A stretch of DNA of 32,000 nucleotides from Desulfobulbus propionicus DSM 2032 (GCF_000186885.1 NC_014972.1:2040001-2072000), one strand, 5' to 3'; positions 1-7,731 are shown, counted from the first letter of the stretch. Notes: generated from the sequence alone by a model not told the origin. A program made the numbers and translations.

Positions 1-822
1 GTGAATGTGATGCGCGGCGGCCCCTCCACCGGCCTGCCCACCAGTCCGGCTCAGGGCGACGTGCAGATGGCGCGCTGGGGCACCCATGGCGACCACCCCA
101 TCATCGTCCTGGCCGTGTCCACGGTCAGCGACTGTTTCAGCCTCACGGTCAAGGCCTTCAACCTCTCCGAACAGTTCCGCGTGCCGGTGATTCTCCTCTC
201 GGATGAGATCGTGGCGCACACCCGGGAGTGCGTCCAGCTGCCCGATGCCGCCGAACTGCGCATCCTCAATCGCCTCAAGCCGAGCGTGCCGCCGGACTGG
301 TACAAACCCTACGAGGGCGACAGCCGGGGCGTGCCCGCCATGGCCACCTTGGGCGACGGCTACCGCCATCATGTCACCGGCCTGGTCCACGACGATCTCG
401 GTTTTCCCACCGAAAAATCCAACGAGATCCTCAATTTTCAACAACGGCTGATGCACAAGATCACCCGTGGCTTCCCCGAAATCATGCTGACCCGCAGCTA
501 CCGGTTGGAGGATGCCGAGGTCGCGATCATTGCCTACGGGTCCGTGGCCCGCTCGGCCATGCGGGCGGTGGACGAGGTGCGGCAGCGCGGCATTCCGGCC
601 GGCCTGCTGCAGTTGATCACCCTCTTTCCCTTTCCGCGCAGCCATGTGACCCCGGTGCTCAAGCAGTGCCGCGCCGTGCTGGTGCCGGAGATGAACATGG
701 GCCAGATCAGCCGCGAGGTGCAGCGGGTCAATCAGGGGATGTGCACCGTGGTCAAACACAACCGGGTCGACGGCCAGTGCATCACCCCCGATGAACTCGA
801 GGCCCGGCTGGTCAAGCTGTAG
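1..822 (+). CDS. korA: 2-oxoacid:ferredoxin oxidoreductase, alpha subunit (C-terminal part; 5' end outside window)
   Basis: The frame is open from base 1. The translation 'RGGPSTGLPTSPAQGDVQMARWGTHGDHPIIVLA' is the conserved KorA/OorA-type core. Beta and gamma subunit genes follow directly. Substrate specificity cannot be read from the sequence. Confidence 0.85.
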   Translation: MNVMRGGPSTGLPTSPAQGDVQMARWGTHGDHPIIVLAVSTVSDCFSLTVKAFNLSEQFRVPVILLSDEIVAHTRECVQLPDAAELRILNRLKPSVPPDWYKPYEGDSRGVPAMATLGDGYRHHVTGLVHDDLGFPTEKSNEILNFQQRLMHKITRGFPEIMLTRSYRLEDAEVAIIAYGSVARSAMRAVDEVRQRGIPAGLLQLITLFPFPRSHVTPVLKQCRAVLVPEMNMGQISREVQRVNQGMCTVVKHNRVDGQCITPDELEARLVKL

Positions 823-831
823 GAGGTGCGC

Positions 832-1674
832 ATGACTGTTCCCGCCCAGGCCATTCGCCACGAGTATCTGCGCCACAACAAGAAGTTTCCCCATGTCTGG
901 TGCCCGGGCTGCGGCAACGGCATTGTCATGGCTGCCCTGCTGCGGGCCATCTACCGGTTGGAGCTGAGCAAGGACGAGGTGGTGCTCGCCTCGGGCATCG
1001 GCTGCTCCGGCCGCATGCCCACCTATCTCGATTTCAACACCCTGCACACCACCCACGGCCGGGCCCTAACCTTTGCCACCGGCGTCAAGCTGGCCAACCC
1101 GGCCCTGAATGTGGTGGTGATCATGGGCGACGGCGATGCCACCGCCATCGGCGGCAATCACTTCATCCATGCCGCCCGCCGCAATCTCAACCTGACCGCG
1201 ATCATCATCAACAATTCGATCTACGGCATGACCGGTGGCCAGTATTCGCCGACCACGCCCTTTGGCGCCCGCTCGACCACCTCGGTCTACGGCCACATCG
1301 AACAGGCCTTTTCCATCGCCGAGCTGGCGGTGACCGCCGGCGCCGCCTTTGTCGCCCGGTCCACCGTCTACCACGCCGACCTGATCGACCAGCTGATCGA
1401 ACAGGCCATGCGCAAGCAGGGGTTTGCCGTGGTCGAGGTGATCTCCAACTGTCATGTCCAGTACGGCCGGCGCAATCAGCTGGGGGATGCGGTGGAGATG
1501 CTCACGAGATTCAGGGACCAGGCGATCACGGTGAGCAAGGCGGCCAAGCTGTCAGCCGAGGAGCTGGCGGGCAGGATTACCATCGGCGTGCTTGCCGACC
1601 GCGACCTGCCCATCTCCACCGAGGAGTACGACAAGGTACGGCAGCGGGCCAGCGAGGAGGGGATGCTGCGATGA
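832..1674 (+). CDS. korB: 2-oxoacid:ferredoxin oxidoreductase, beta (TPP-binding) subunit
   Basis: AGGAGG at 821-826 lies 5 nt before the ATG at 832 (an alternative GTG is at 826). The motifs 'WCPGCGNG', 'GIGCSGR' and 'GDGD..AIGGNH' are typical of the TPP-binding beta subunit. Confidence 0.85.
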   Translation: MTVPAQAIRHEYLRHNKKFPHVWCPGCGNGIVMAALLRAIYRLELSKDEVVLASGIGCSGRMPTYLDFNTLHTTHGRALTFATGVKLANPALNVVVIMGDGDATAIGGNHFIHAARRNLNLTAIIINNSIYGMTGGQYSPTTPFGARSTTSVYGHIEQAFSIAELAVTAGAAFVARSTVYHADLIDQLIEQAMRKQGFAVVEVISNCHVQYGRRNQLGDAVEMLTRFRDQAITVSKAAKLSAEELAGRITIGVLADRDLPISTEEYDKVRQRASEEGMLR

Positions 1675-2264
1675 AGCTTCCCGTGAAACGACGCTACGAG
1701 ATGCGGTTCAGCGGTTCCGGCGGCCAGGGGCTGATCATGGCCGCAGTCGTCTTTGCCGAGGCGGTCGGAGTGTATGACGGCAAGTATGTCTGCCAGACCC
1801 AGAGCTACGGACCGGAAGCCCGGGGCGGCAAGTCCAAGGCCGAGGTGGTGATCAGCGATGCGCCCATCGATTATCCCAAGGCCCGGCGGCTTGACCTGCT
1901 GTTGGCCATGAATCAGACCGCCTGCGATGCCTATTACCGCGATCTCAATCCCGATGGCTTGCTGGTGGTCGACAGTTCGCTGGTCAGCCAGTATCCCACC
2001 AGCCGCATCATCGCCATTCCCTTTACCCGCATTGCCCGGGACGAGCTGGGCCGGGAGATGGCGGCCAACATGGTGGCCCTGGGGGCGGTGGGACTCCTCT
2101 CCGGGCAGGTGATCAGCAACTCCCTGGAAAAGGCGCTGCTGGCCCGGGTGCCGCCGGGGAGCGAGGAATTCAACCGTGCGGCCCTCCATCGGGGGATGGA
2201 CGAGGCCGCCAAGATCAATCTGGACGCGCTACCGCGGTCCGTGCTCAGTGATGACGAGGTGTGA
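1671..2264 (+). CDS. korC: 2-oxoacid:ferredoxin oxidoreductase, gamma subunit
   Basis: The ATG at 1671 overlaps the korB stop (ATGA). 'RFSGSGGQGLI.A..V.A...........QSYGPEARGG.S' is the gamma-subunit signature. It sits in the frame of the long 900..2264 ORF, whose upstream part is a spurious extension. Confidence 0.8.
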   Translation: MKLPVKRRYEMRFSGSGGQGLIMAAVVFAEAVGVYDGKYVCQTQSYGPEARGGKSKAEVVISDAPIDYPKARRLDLLLAMNQTACDAYYRDLNPDGLLVVDSSLVSQYPTSRIIAIPFTRIARDELGREMAANMVALGAVGLLSGQVISNSLEKALLARVPPGSEEFNRAALHRGMDEAAKINLDALPRSVLSDDEV

Positions 2265-2265
2265 G

Positions 2266-2841
2266 ATGAAAGTTGTCGCCTTTAATGGAAGTGCCCGCAA
2301 AAACGGCAATACCGCCATGATGATCGGCTACCTGTTCGAAGAGTTGGAGCGTGAGGGTATCGAGACCGAGATGGTCCAACTGGCCGGCGAGCACCCCCAC
2401 GGCTGCATCGCCTGCTACCAGTGCTTTAAGAACAAGAACGGCCGCTGCATCGTCGATATCGACTGCATCAACGGCTGCATCGAGAAGATGCTGGCTGCGG
2501 ACGCGATCGTGCTGGCCTCGCCCACCTATTTCGCCGACATCTCCACCGAGATGAAGGCCCTGATCGACCGGGCCGGCATGACCTCGCGCGCCAACGGCGA
2601 CATGTTCAAGCGCAAGCTGGGCGCGGCCATCGTCACCCAGCGCCGGGGCGGCGGCATCCACGCCTTTGACTCGATGAACCATTTCTTCACTATCGGCCAA
2701 ATGGTCATCGTCGGTTCCTCGTACTGGAACATGGGCTTTGGCCGGGAGAAGGGGGAGGTGGCCCAGGACACCGAGGCGATCACCGTCATGCACGACCTGG
2801 GCAGGAACATGGCCTGGCTGTTGAAAAAAATTCACGCCTAG
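2266..2841 (+). CDS. Iron-sulfur flavoprotein (Isf-like, NADPH-dependent FMN reductase fold)
   Basis: The ATG lies 2 nt after the korC stop. 'MKVVAFNGSARKNGNT', 'ASPTYFADIS' and 'GGGIHAFDSMNHFFTIGQMVIVGSSYWN' match the flavodoxin-like FMN reductase fold. It also carries a compact Cys cluster, CIACYQCFKNKNGRC (C-x2-C-x2-C-x7-C), as in Methanosarcina Isf. Confidence 0.75.
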   Translation: MKVVAFNGSARKNGNTAMMIGYLFEELEREGIETEMVQLAGEHPHGCIACYQCFKNKNGRCIVDIDCINGCIEKMLAADAIVLASPTYFADISTEMKALIDRAGMTSRANGDMFKRKLGAAIVTQRRGGGIHAFDSMNHFFTIGQMVIVGSSYWNMGFGREKGEVAQDTEAITVMHDLGRNMAWLLKKIHA

Positions 2842-2848
2842 CCAAAGC

Positions 2849-2878
2849 AAGGGAGAAAAAGGGAACGCTCCCTTTTTC
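2849..2878 (+). terminator. Candidate intrinsic terminator after the kor-isf operon
   Basis: The stem AAGGGAG (2849-2855) pairs with CTCCCTT (2868-2874). An alternative pairing is AAAAAGGGA/TCCCTTTTT around loop ACGC. The structure ends in a T5 run at 2873-2877, 8 nt past the isf stop. Confidence 0.5.
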
Positions 2879-2913
2879 GATGATCGCGGGCGGCCGCCGA
2901 GCCGCCAAGCACC

Positions 2914-2930
2914 TGGCAACCATCCGGCAT
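2914..2930 (+). promoter_or_regulatory. Sigma54-like -24/-12 element (TGGCAA-N5-CGGCAT)
   Basis: The GG at 2915-2916 and GC at 2927-2928 are separated by exactly 10 nt, the canonical GG-N10-GC spacing. The element is about 135 nt upstream of the zinc-ribbon gene. The -12 element is imperfect. Confidence 0.25.
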
Positions 2931-2959
2931 GACAACGTGTTGATTTATTAAAATTTACT

Positions 2960-2988
2960 TTGACCGATAAAAGAGAACACCCTATAAG
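2960..2988 (+). promoter_or_regulatory. Sigma70-like promoter (TTGACC-17 nt-TATAAG)
   Basis: The -35 TTGACC is at 2960-2965, followed by a 17-nt spacer and the -10 TATAAG at 2983-2988. It sits in an AT-rich island upstream of the 3065 gene. Confidence 0.35.
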
Positions 2989-3064
2989 ACAACAGGGCGG
3001 CGAGAGCAGACTATGCCTCTCGCCGAACTCTTGAACAGGTCACTGCGAAAGGGGAGACCGAGGC

Positions 3065-3250
3065 ATGCTGGCAATTTGCGAAGAATGTTCAAAAAAATAC
3101 AATATTGATGAATCCAAAATGAAGGGGCCAAGGGCGCGCTTTTCCTGTCAGGAATGCGGACACATCATCGTGGTGGTAAAAAGCGGTGCCTCCGAAGCGG
3201 AAGCTCCCCAGCAGCCAACCGCCGGCACTGCCGGGAAAAACGAGGCGTGA
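3065..3250 (+). CDS. Small MJ0042-type zinc-ribbon protein
   Basis: The product is 61 aa. Two CxxC pairs (CEEC...CQEC) have the spacing and context 'M.AICEEC.KKYNIDESK......RF.C.EC.H.I.V' typical of MJ0042-family zinc ribbons. A GGGGAG lies upstream of the ATG, and the C-terminal tail is low-complexity. Confidence 0.6.
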   Translation: MLAICEECSKKYNIDESKMKGPRARFSCQECGHIIVVVKSGASEAEAPQQPTAGTAGKNEA

Positions 3251-3360
3251 CGGCCGCACGCGGAGGCTGTTGCGCCCTCTCGACAACCATGAGGAAAATG
3301 GCTCACTCCTCTTTGGCCTTTGCCTATTTTCCGCCCATTGACGTGCAGTAACGCCGAGAC

Positions 3361-3963
3361 ATGCTTATTCCACGGGAACGGCCTTATCTGGAAGGTCTCA
3401 ACAGCTATTACCTGCATCTGGAAAAATTCATCGAACACCTGCAGGGAGACATAGGATCGGGCGGAGTCCACTGCGTCTCGCCTGGCCTGCAGATGCTCGT
3501 CTATTTCAATGAACAGGAGGTCATCAGCTGTCTTGTTCAGGAAAAAGGAAGGGACGCCCATTTTGCCCCTTCCTTTGAAATCGTCCGGGGACGCTTCTAC
3601 AGCGGCAGTTATGCGATTTCCGTCCATCAACTTGACCAGAACGCCATTTTTTTCTGGGCCCAGATGCCGCCGTTCCAGCGGGCAAAATCAGCCCTGCGGT
3701 CAACGGAGATTCCCTTGCCGGACCTGATTTTTCGTCTGCGGATGAAACAATTTTCCGGCTTTATCGAAGTTCAGGTCGGGAAGAAAAACGAGGGCGGCGT
3801 GCTGTTTTTTAACGAGGGGGAACGGATTGGCGGTTCCTACACCTGGGGCAAAGGGGGGATGAGTACGTCGGATGACGATTACAACTCCCTGCTTGGCCGG
3901 GTCCAGGTCAACGAGGGAATTTTTACCTTCGGCAGTTTCGTCAAGGAGGACAAGCAGGCCTAG
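3361..3963 (+). CDS. Hypothetical protein with two DUF4388/PATAN-like repeats
   Basis: The product is 200 aa. Two similar modules are visible: 'LEGLNSYYLHLEKFIEHLQGDIGSGGVHCV....MLVYFNEQEVIS' and 'LPDLIFRLRMKQFSGFIEVQVGKKNEGGVLFFNEGERIGGSY'. Both resemble the DUF4388 pattern. The domain call is from memory and not HMM-verified. Confidence 0.55.
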   Translation: MLIPRERPYLEGLNSYYLHLEKFIEHLQGDIGSGGVHCVSPGLQMLVYFNEQEVISCLVQEKGRDAHFAPSFEIVRGRFYSGSYAISVHQLDQNAIFFWAQMPPFQRAKSALRSTEIPLPDLIFRLRMKQFSGFIEVQVGKKNEGGVLFFNEGERIGGSYTWGKGGMSTSDDDYNSLLGRVQVNEGIFTFGSFVKEDKQA

Positions 3964-3979
3964 GCGGTGCCCGCCGACG

Positions 3980-5095
3980 TCACGGCCTGTTGTCGTCCGT
4001 CCCGGTAGATTGAAGCGTTGTTTTGTCCAGAGATATCGCCTGTTCTTCATTCCATCCCTTGCCCGCCAACTGACCGCAGGCCGCCGAAATATCCTCGCCG
4101 CGGCTGGTGCGGATAAACACGGTGTACCCGCGATCGCGCAGAATCCTCTGGAAACAGAGCACACGCTCCTCGCCCGGGCTTTGATAGGCGCTGCCACTGC
4201 CCGGGTTGACCGCCAGCAGATTGATCTTGCAAGGCACCTCGCGCAGCAACTCGGCGAGCTGCACCGCGTCCGCATCGCTGTCGTTAATGCCTTGCAGCAA
4301 GGTGTATTCAAACATGATCCGCTTGCGCCGTTTCTGGCGGTAGGTGCGGCAAACCTCGATCAGTTCGGCGATCGGGTAGCGTTTGTTGACCGGCATCAGA
4401 CGGCTGCGGACCTCGTCGTTGACCGCATGCAGCGACACTGCCAGGTTGACGTCGGTCTCCTCACCCAGGCGGCGCATCTGCGGCACCAGACCGCAGGTGG
4501 ACACAGTGATCCGCCGGTTGGAGAAGTCCAGACCGCGCTGTTCGGTGAGGATGGCGATGGCGTCCAGCAGGTTGTCGAAGTTGGCCAGCGGCTCGCCCAT
4601 GCCCATGAAAACAATATTGGTCAACAGCCCCTTGTCGTGGGCCAGCGTCCAATCGCGTACCGCGCACACCTGATTGACAATCTCGGCGGTGGTCAAATTG
4701 CGGCAAAAACCCATGGCCCCGGTCAGGCAAAAACTGCACCCCATGGCACAGCCGACCTGGGAAGAGACACACAGGGTGTTGCGGTCCTCCTCGGGAATGA
4801 GCACGGACTCGATGATTTGGCCGTCATCGAGGCGAAAGGCGAATTTGACCGCGCCGTCGCGCGAACACTCGACCATGCAGTCGTCAAAGCGGCTCATGAA
4901 AGCCGACTGGGTAAGGATGGCCCGGAATTCCTTGGCCAGATCGGTCATCTGGGTGAAATCGATGATTCCGGGTCGATAGATCCAGGCCAGGATCTGGCGG
5001 CCACGAAAGGCTGGCTGCCCCAGGGACTCGACAAAGCGTACCAACTGTTCCTGGGTCAGATTTTTCAGGTCGGTTTTTTTCGCGGCAACATTCAT
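3980..5095 (-). CDS. rlmN: 23S rRNA/tRNA adenine-C2 methyltransferase RlmN (radical SAM)
   Basis: 'VCVSSQVGCAMGCSFCLTG' contains the CxxxCxxC motif. 'GMGEPLAN', 'ITVSTCG' and 'EYTLLQGINDS' match RlmN over its full length. I prefer the ATG at 5095; an alternative GTG is at 5107. Confidence 0.9.
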   Translation of the reverse strand: MNVAAKKTDLKNLTQEQLVRFVESLGQPAFRGRQILAWIYRPGIIDFTQMTDLAKEFRAILTQSAFMSRFDDCMVECSRDGAVKFAFRLDDGQIIESVLIPEEDRNTLCVSSQVGCAMGCSFCLTGAMGFCRNLTTAEIVNQVCAVRDWTLAHDKGLLTNIVFMGMGEPLANFDNLLDAIAILTEQRGLDFSNRRITVSTCGLVPQMRRLGEETDVNLAVSLHAVNDEVRSRLMPVNKRYPIAELIEVCRTYRQKRRKRIMFEYTLLQGINDSDADAVQLAELLREVPCKINLLAVNPGSGSAYQSPGEERVLCFQRILRDRGYTVFIRTSRGEDISAACGQLAGKGWNEEQAISLDKTTLQSTGTDDNRP

Positions 5096-5160
5096 GCAAC
5101 TTCTCACGGTTTATCGGCAACAGATTGAATAATGGTCTTTTCTTGCAGCTGGTCACACCG

Positions 5161-6063
5161 TTACAGGCAGCGATACGGTTCCGCCTTCAGCGCCAGGCTG
5201 CCGTTTAGGGCCTGGTCGATGGTGGCCAGCATCCGGTCGCGATCCCTGGGCAGGCGGCCGCTCAAGGAAAAGTAATTCGAGGCATGGTTGGCATGGAACT
5301 GGGCGCGATGCGGTCCCAATCCGGCCAGCAGGGTGCGCAGTTCGCGAAACAGTTGCTCCTGATCGGGCATCGCGAACCGTCCGGCCCGCATTTGCCGATA
5401 GAGCGGGGTGTTGGGCAGCAGCATCAAGGTGAGCACCGCGATCTGGTGTGGCTGCATCCGGTTGAGTACCGAAGCGGTGGCCCGCGCATGGGCCTGCGAT
5501 TGCGTCACGCCGGCAATACCGAGCAGGCAGGTTACCGAGAGAAAGAGGCCGGTGGCCCGAATCCGCCTGCCGGCCGTGACCATGGCCTCGCTGTCCACGC
5601 CCTTGGCAATGGCGGCCAAGGTCGGATCATGACCGCTTTCCAACCCCAGATAGAGCCGGCCCAATCCGAGCCGCTTATAGTGCGCCAACTGCTGATCCGT
5701 CTTTTCCTCGATGTTTTGGCAACTGGCGTAACAGCTGACCCGCCGGATCCAAGGCAACTGTTCGCGGATACGTTCCAGGAGCGCAACCAACCGCTCGTGC
5801 GGCAGGGCCAGGACATCGCCGTCGGCGAGAAAGAGAGTGGTCTGGCGGCGGCACCAGGCAGCGGCAAAGGCGAGATCGGCCTCGATCTGCTCCCAGGATT
5901 TGCTTTGAAAGGGTTTGTCGCGGTAGGCCCCGCAAAAGGTGCAACGGTTGTGGGAACAACCCGTGGTCACCTGCAGGATCAGGGAAAAGGCCTCGCTGGG
6001 CGGGCGGATGATATCTCCTACGTAATCCACGGCGAAAAGACTGCCCATGGACAAAATGTCCAT
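5161..6063 (-). CDS. Radical SAM protein of unknown function (paralog A)
   Basis: 'IRPPSEAFSLILQVTTGCSHNRCTFCGAY' carries the CxxxCxxC motif. The protein is collinear with the product of 17981..18850. The start MDILS at 6063 lies 20 nt after the serC stop. The longer ORF to 6411 overlaps serC and is rejected. Confidence 0.8.
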   Translation of the reverse strand: MDILSMGSLFAVDYVGDIIRPPSEAFSLILQVTTGCSHNRCTFCGAYRDKPFQSKSWEQIEADLAFAAAWCRRQTTLFLADGDVLALPHERLVALLERIREQLPWIRRVSCYASCQNIEEKTDQQLAHYKRLGLGRLYLGLESGHDPTLAAIAKGVDSEAMVTAGRRIRATGLFLSVTCLLGIAGVTQSQAHARATASVLNRMQPHQIAVLTLMLLPNTPLYRQMRAGRFAMPDQEQLFRELRTLLAGLGPHRAQFHANHASNYFSLSGRLPRDRDRMLATIDQALNGSLALKAEPYRCL

Positions 6064-6069
6064 GGGCAG
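6041..6069 (-). promoter_or_regulatory. 13-bp perfect inverted repeat (hairpin) covering the radical SAM start codons
   Basis: CTGCCCATGGACA (6041-6053) and TGTCCATGGGCAG (6057-6069) are separated by an AAA spacer. On the mRNA strand the stem is followed by UCUUUUC. Both candidate ATGs (6063 and 6048) lie inside the stem arms. Confidence 0.5.
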
Positions 6070-6083
6070 CGAGGATCTGGATA

Positions 6084-7166
6084 TCAGCCGTTCTTCTTGG
6101 CGAAATCGGCCATGAAGGTGACCAGCTTTTCCACGCCCTCCCTGGGGAAGGCGTTGTAGATCGAGGCACGGCAACCGCCGACCGAACGGTGGCCCTTCAA
6201 CCCATCCAGGCCGACCGCGGTGGCCTCGCGGATGAACTGGGCCTCCAGTTCCGGGGTGGGCAAATTGAAGGCGACGTTCATCAGCGAACGGGATTCCTTC
6301 TCCGCATGGCCCCGATAAAATTCGGTGCTGTCGATTACCTCGTACAAGAGCGCCGCCTTTTCGCGATTGAGTTTCTCGATGGCCGCCACGCCGCCCGTCT
6401 GTTTGAGCCAATTCATCACCCGACCGACACAGTAGATGGAAAAACAGGGCGGGGTGTTGAACATCGAGTCCTTCTCGGCATGGGTCTTATACTTGAGCAT
6501 GGTCGGCACCTTGTCGTCGACCCGGTCGAGCAGATCCTCGCGGATGATCACCACGGTCACCCCGGCCGGCCCCATGTTCTTCTGCGCGCCGGCAAAGATC
6601 AAACCGAACTTGCTGACATCCACCGGACGGCTCAGGATGTCCGAGGACATGTCGGCAATGAGCATGGCCTCCTTGTTGGGCATGGTCGGGAACTGGGTGC
6701 CGTAGATGGTGTTGTTGGTGACGAAATAGAGGTACTGGCTGTCCGGGGCCACGGTGTACTCGTCGTCGCGCGGCACCCGCTTGAAGGTGATGTCCTCGCT
6801 TGAGTAGGCCACCTCGACTTGGCCGAACAGCTTGGCCTCCTTGATCGCCTTTTTCGCCCACACGCCAGTGTTGAGGTAGGTGGCTTTCTGGTCGGCCTTG
6901 AGCAGGTTCATCGGCACCATAAAGAACTGCGAGGAAGCGCCGCCCTGAAGAAAGAGCACCTTGTAGTTGGCGGGAATACCCATGAGTTCGCGGATCAGAT
7001 TCTCGGTTTCCTCGGCCACGGCCATGAACTCCTTGGAACGATGGCTAAGCTCGATCAGGCCGATGCCCTTGTCCTTGAAATTGACGATGTCAACCGCCGC
7101 CTCCTGGAGGACGGAATAGGGCAGGGTGCCTGGGCCGGGACTGAAATTATAAATTCTCTCGGGCAT
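6084..7166 (-). CDS. serC: 3-phosphoserine/phosphohydroxythreonine aminotransferase
   Basis: The full-length match runs from 'IYNFSPGPGTLP' to 'GGCRASIYNA'. A GGAGAG RBS lies upstream of the ATG at 7166. Confidence 0.95.
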   Translation of the reverse strand: MPERIYNFSPGPGTLPYSVLQEAAVDIVNFKDKGIGLIELSHRSKEFMAVAEETENLIRELMGIPANYKVLFLQGGASSQFFMVPMNLLKADQKATYLNTGVWAKKAIKEAKLFGQVEVAYSSEDITFKRVPRDDEYTVAPDSQYLYFVTNNTIYGTQFPTMPNKEAMLIADMSSDILSRPVDVSKFGLIFAGAQKNMGPAGVTVVIIREDLLDRVDDKVPTMLKYKTHAEKDSMFNTPPCFSIYCVGRVMNWLKQTGGVAAIEKLNREKAALLYEVIDSTEFYRGHAEKESRSLMNVAFNLPTPELEAQFIREATAVGLDGLKGHRSVGGCRASIYNAFPREGVEKLVTFMADFAKKNG

Positions 7167-7208
7167 TACTCTCTCCTTGATGCATGGATAATGGGCGAAA
7201 AAGATGGA

Positions 7209-7682
7209 TTATCGGCGGATTTGCCGCAGGGCTTCATACAGAACAATACCCGCGGCCATGGCCAGATTGAGACTGCGGATATGGGGATTGGTCATCGGGA
7301 TCGTCAGGCAGCGGTCACTATACAGCGTGAGAATCTCTTCGGGCAAGCCTTTTGTCTCCTTGCCGAAGATCAACCTGTCGCCGGGACAAAACCGGGCCTC
7401 GGTGTACGATCGTTTTGTTTTCGTGGTCAGAAAATGCAAATGGCGTTCATCCGCCTGCTGGAGAAAGGCATCCAGGCTGTCCCAGTGATTGATCCGCACA
7501 TGGGGCCAGTAATCAAGCCCGGCCCGCTTGAGGTGTTTGTCGTCGATTTGGAAGCCAAGCGGATGGACCAGATCGAGCACCGTGTCCGTGGCCCCGCACA
7601 ACCGGGCGATGGAACCGGTATTGGGCGGGATCTCCGGTTCGACGAGAACGATATGAAGAGCAGAAGAATCCATGGGCAGCAT
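7209..7682 (-). CDS. trmL: tRNA (cytidine/uridine-2'-O)-methyltransferase TrmL (SpoU/TrmH family)
   Basis: 'IVLVEPEIPPNTGSIARLC', 'KRAGLDYW', 'FGKETKGLP' and 'SLNLAMAAGIVLYEALRQ' parallel E. coli TrmL/YibK. The start may be the ATG at 7673 instead. Confidence 0.85.
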   Translation of the reverse strand: MLPMDSSALHIVLVEPEIPPNTGSIARLCGATDTVLDLVHPLGFQIDDKHLKRAGLDYWPHVRINHWDSLDAFLQQADERHLHFLTTKTKRSYTEARFCPGDRLIFGKETKGLPEEILTLYSDRCLTIPMTNPHIRSLNLAMAAGIVLYEALRQIRR

Positions 7683-7731
7683 ATTGAGCAGAAAGAAAAA
7701 CGTTTCCGTATGTACAGAATATGGATTGATG

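Noticed and set aside
900-1670. N-terminal extension of the korC frame (ORF 900..2264, 454 aa)
   Set aside because: The upstream 257 codons overlap korB in another frame and translate to Arg/Pro/His-rich nonsense. The real gamma subunit starts at the ATG at 1671, coupled to the korB stop.
3872-5128. 418-aa ORF on the plus strand
   Set aside because: It is antisense to rlmN, which has unambiguous radical SAM/RlmN motifs. Its translation has no recognisable domains.
6064-6411. Extension of the radical SAM paralog A ORF up to 6411
   Set aside because: It overlaps the 3' end of serC by over 300 nt, and the extra residues are Arg/Gly-rich. Paralog B aligns from the MDILS region onward.
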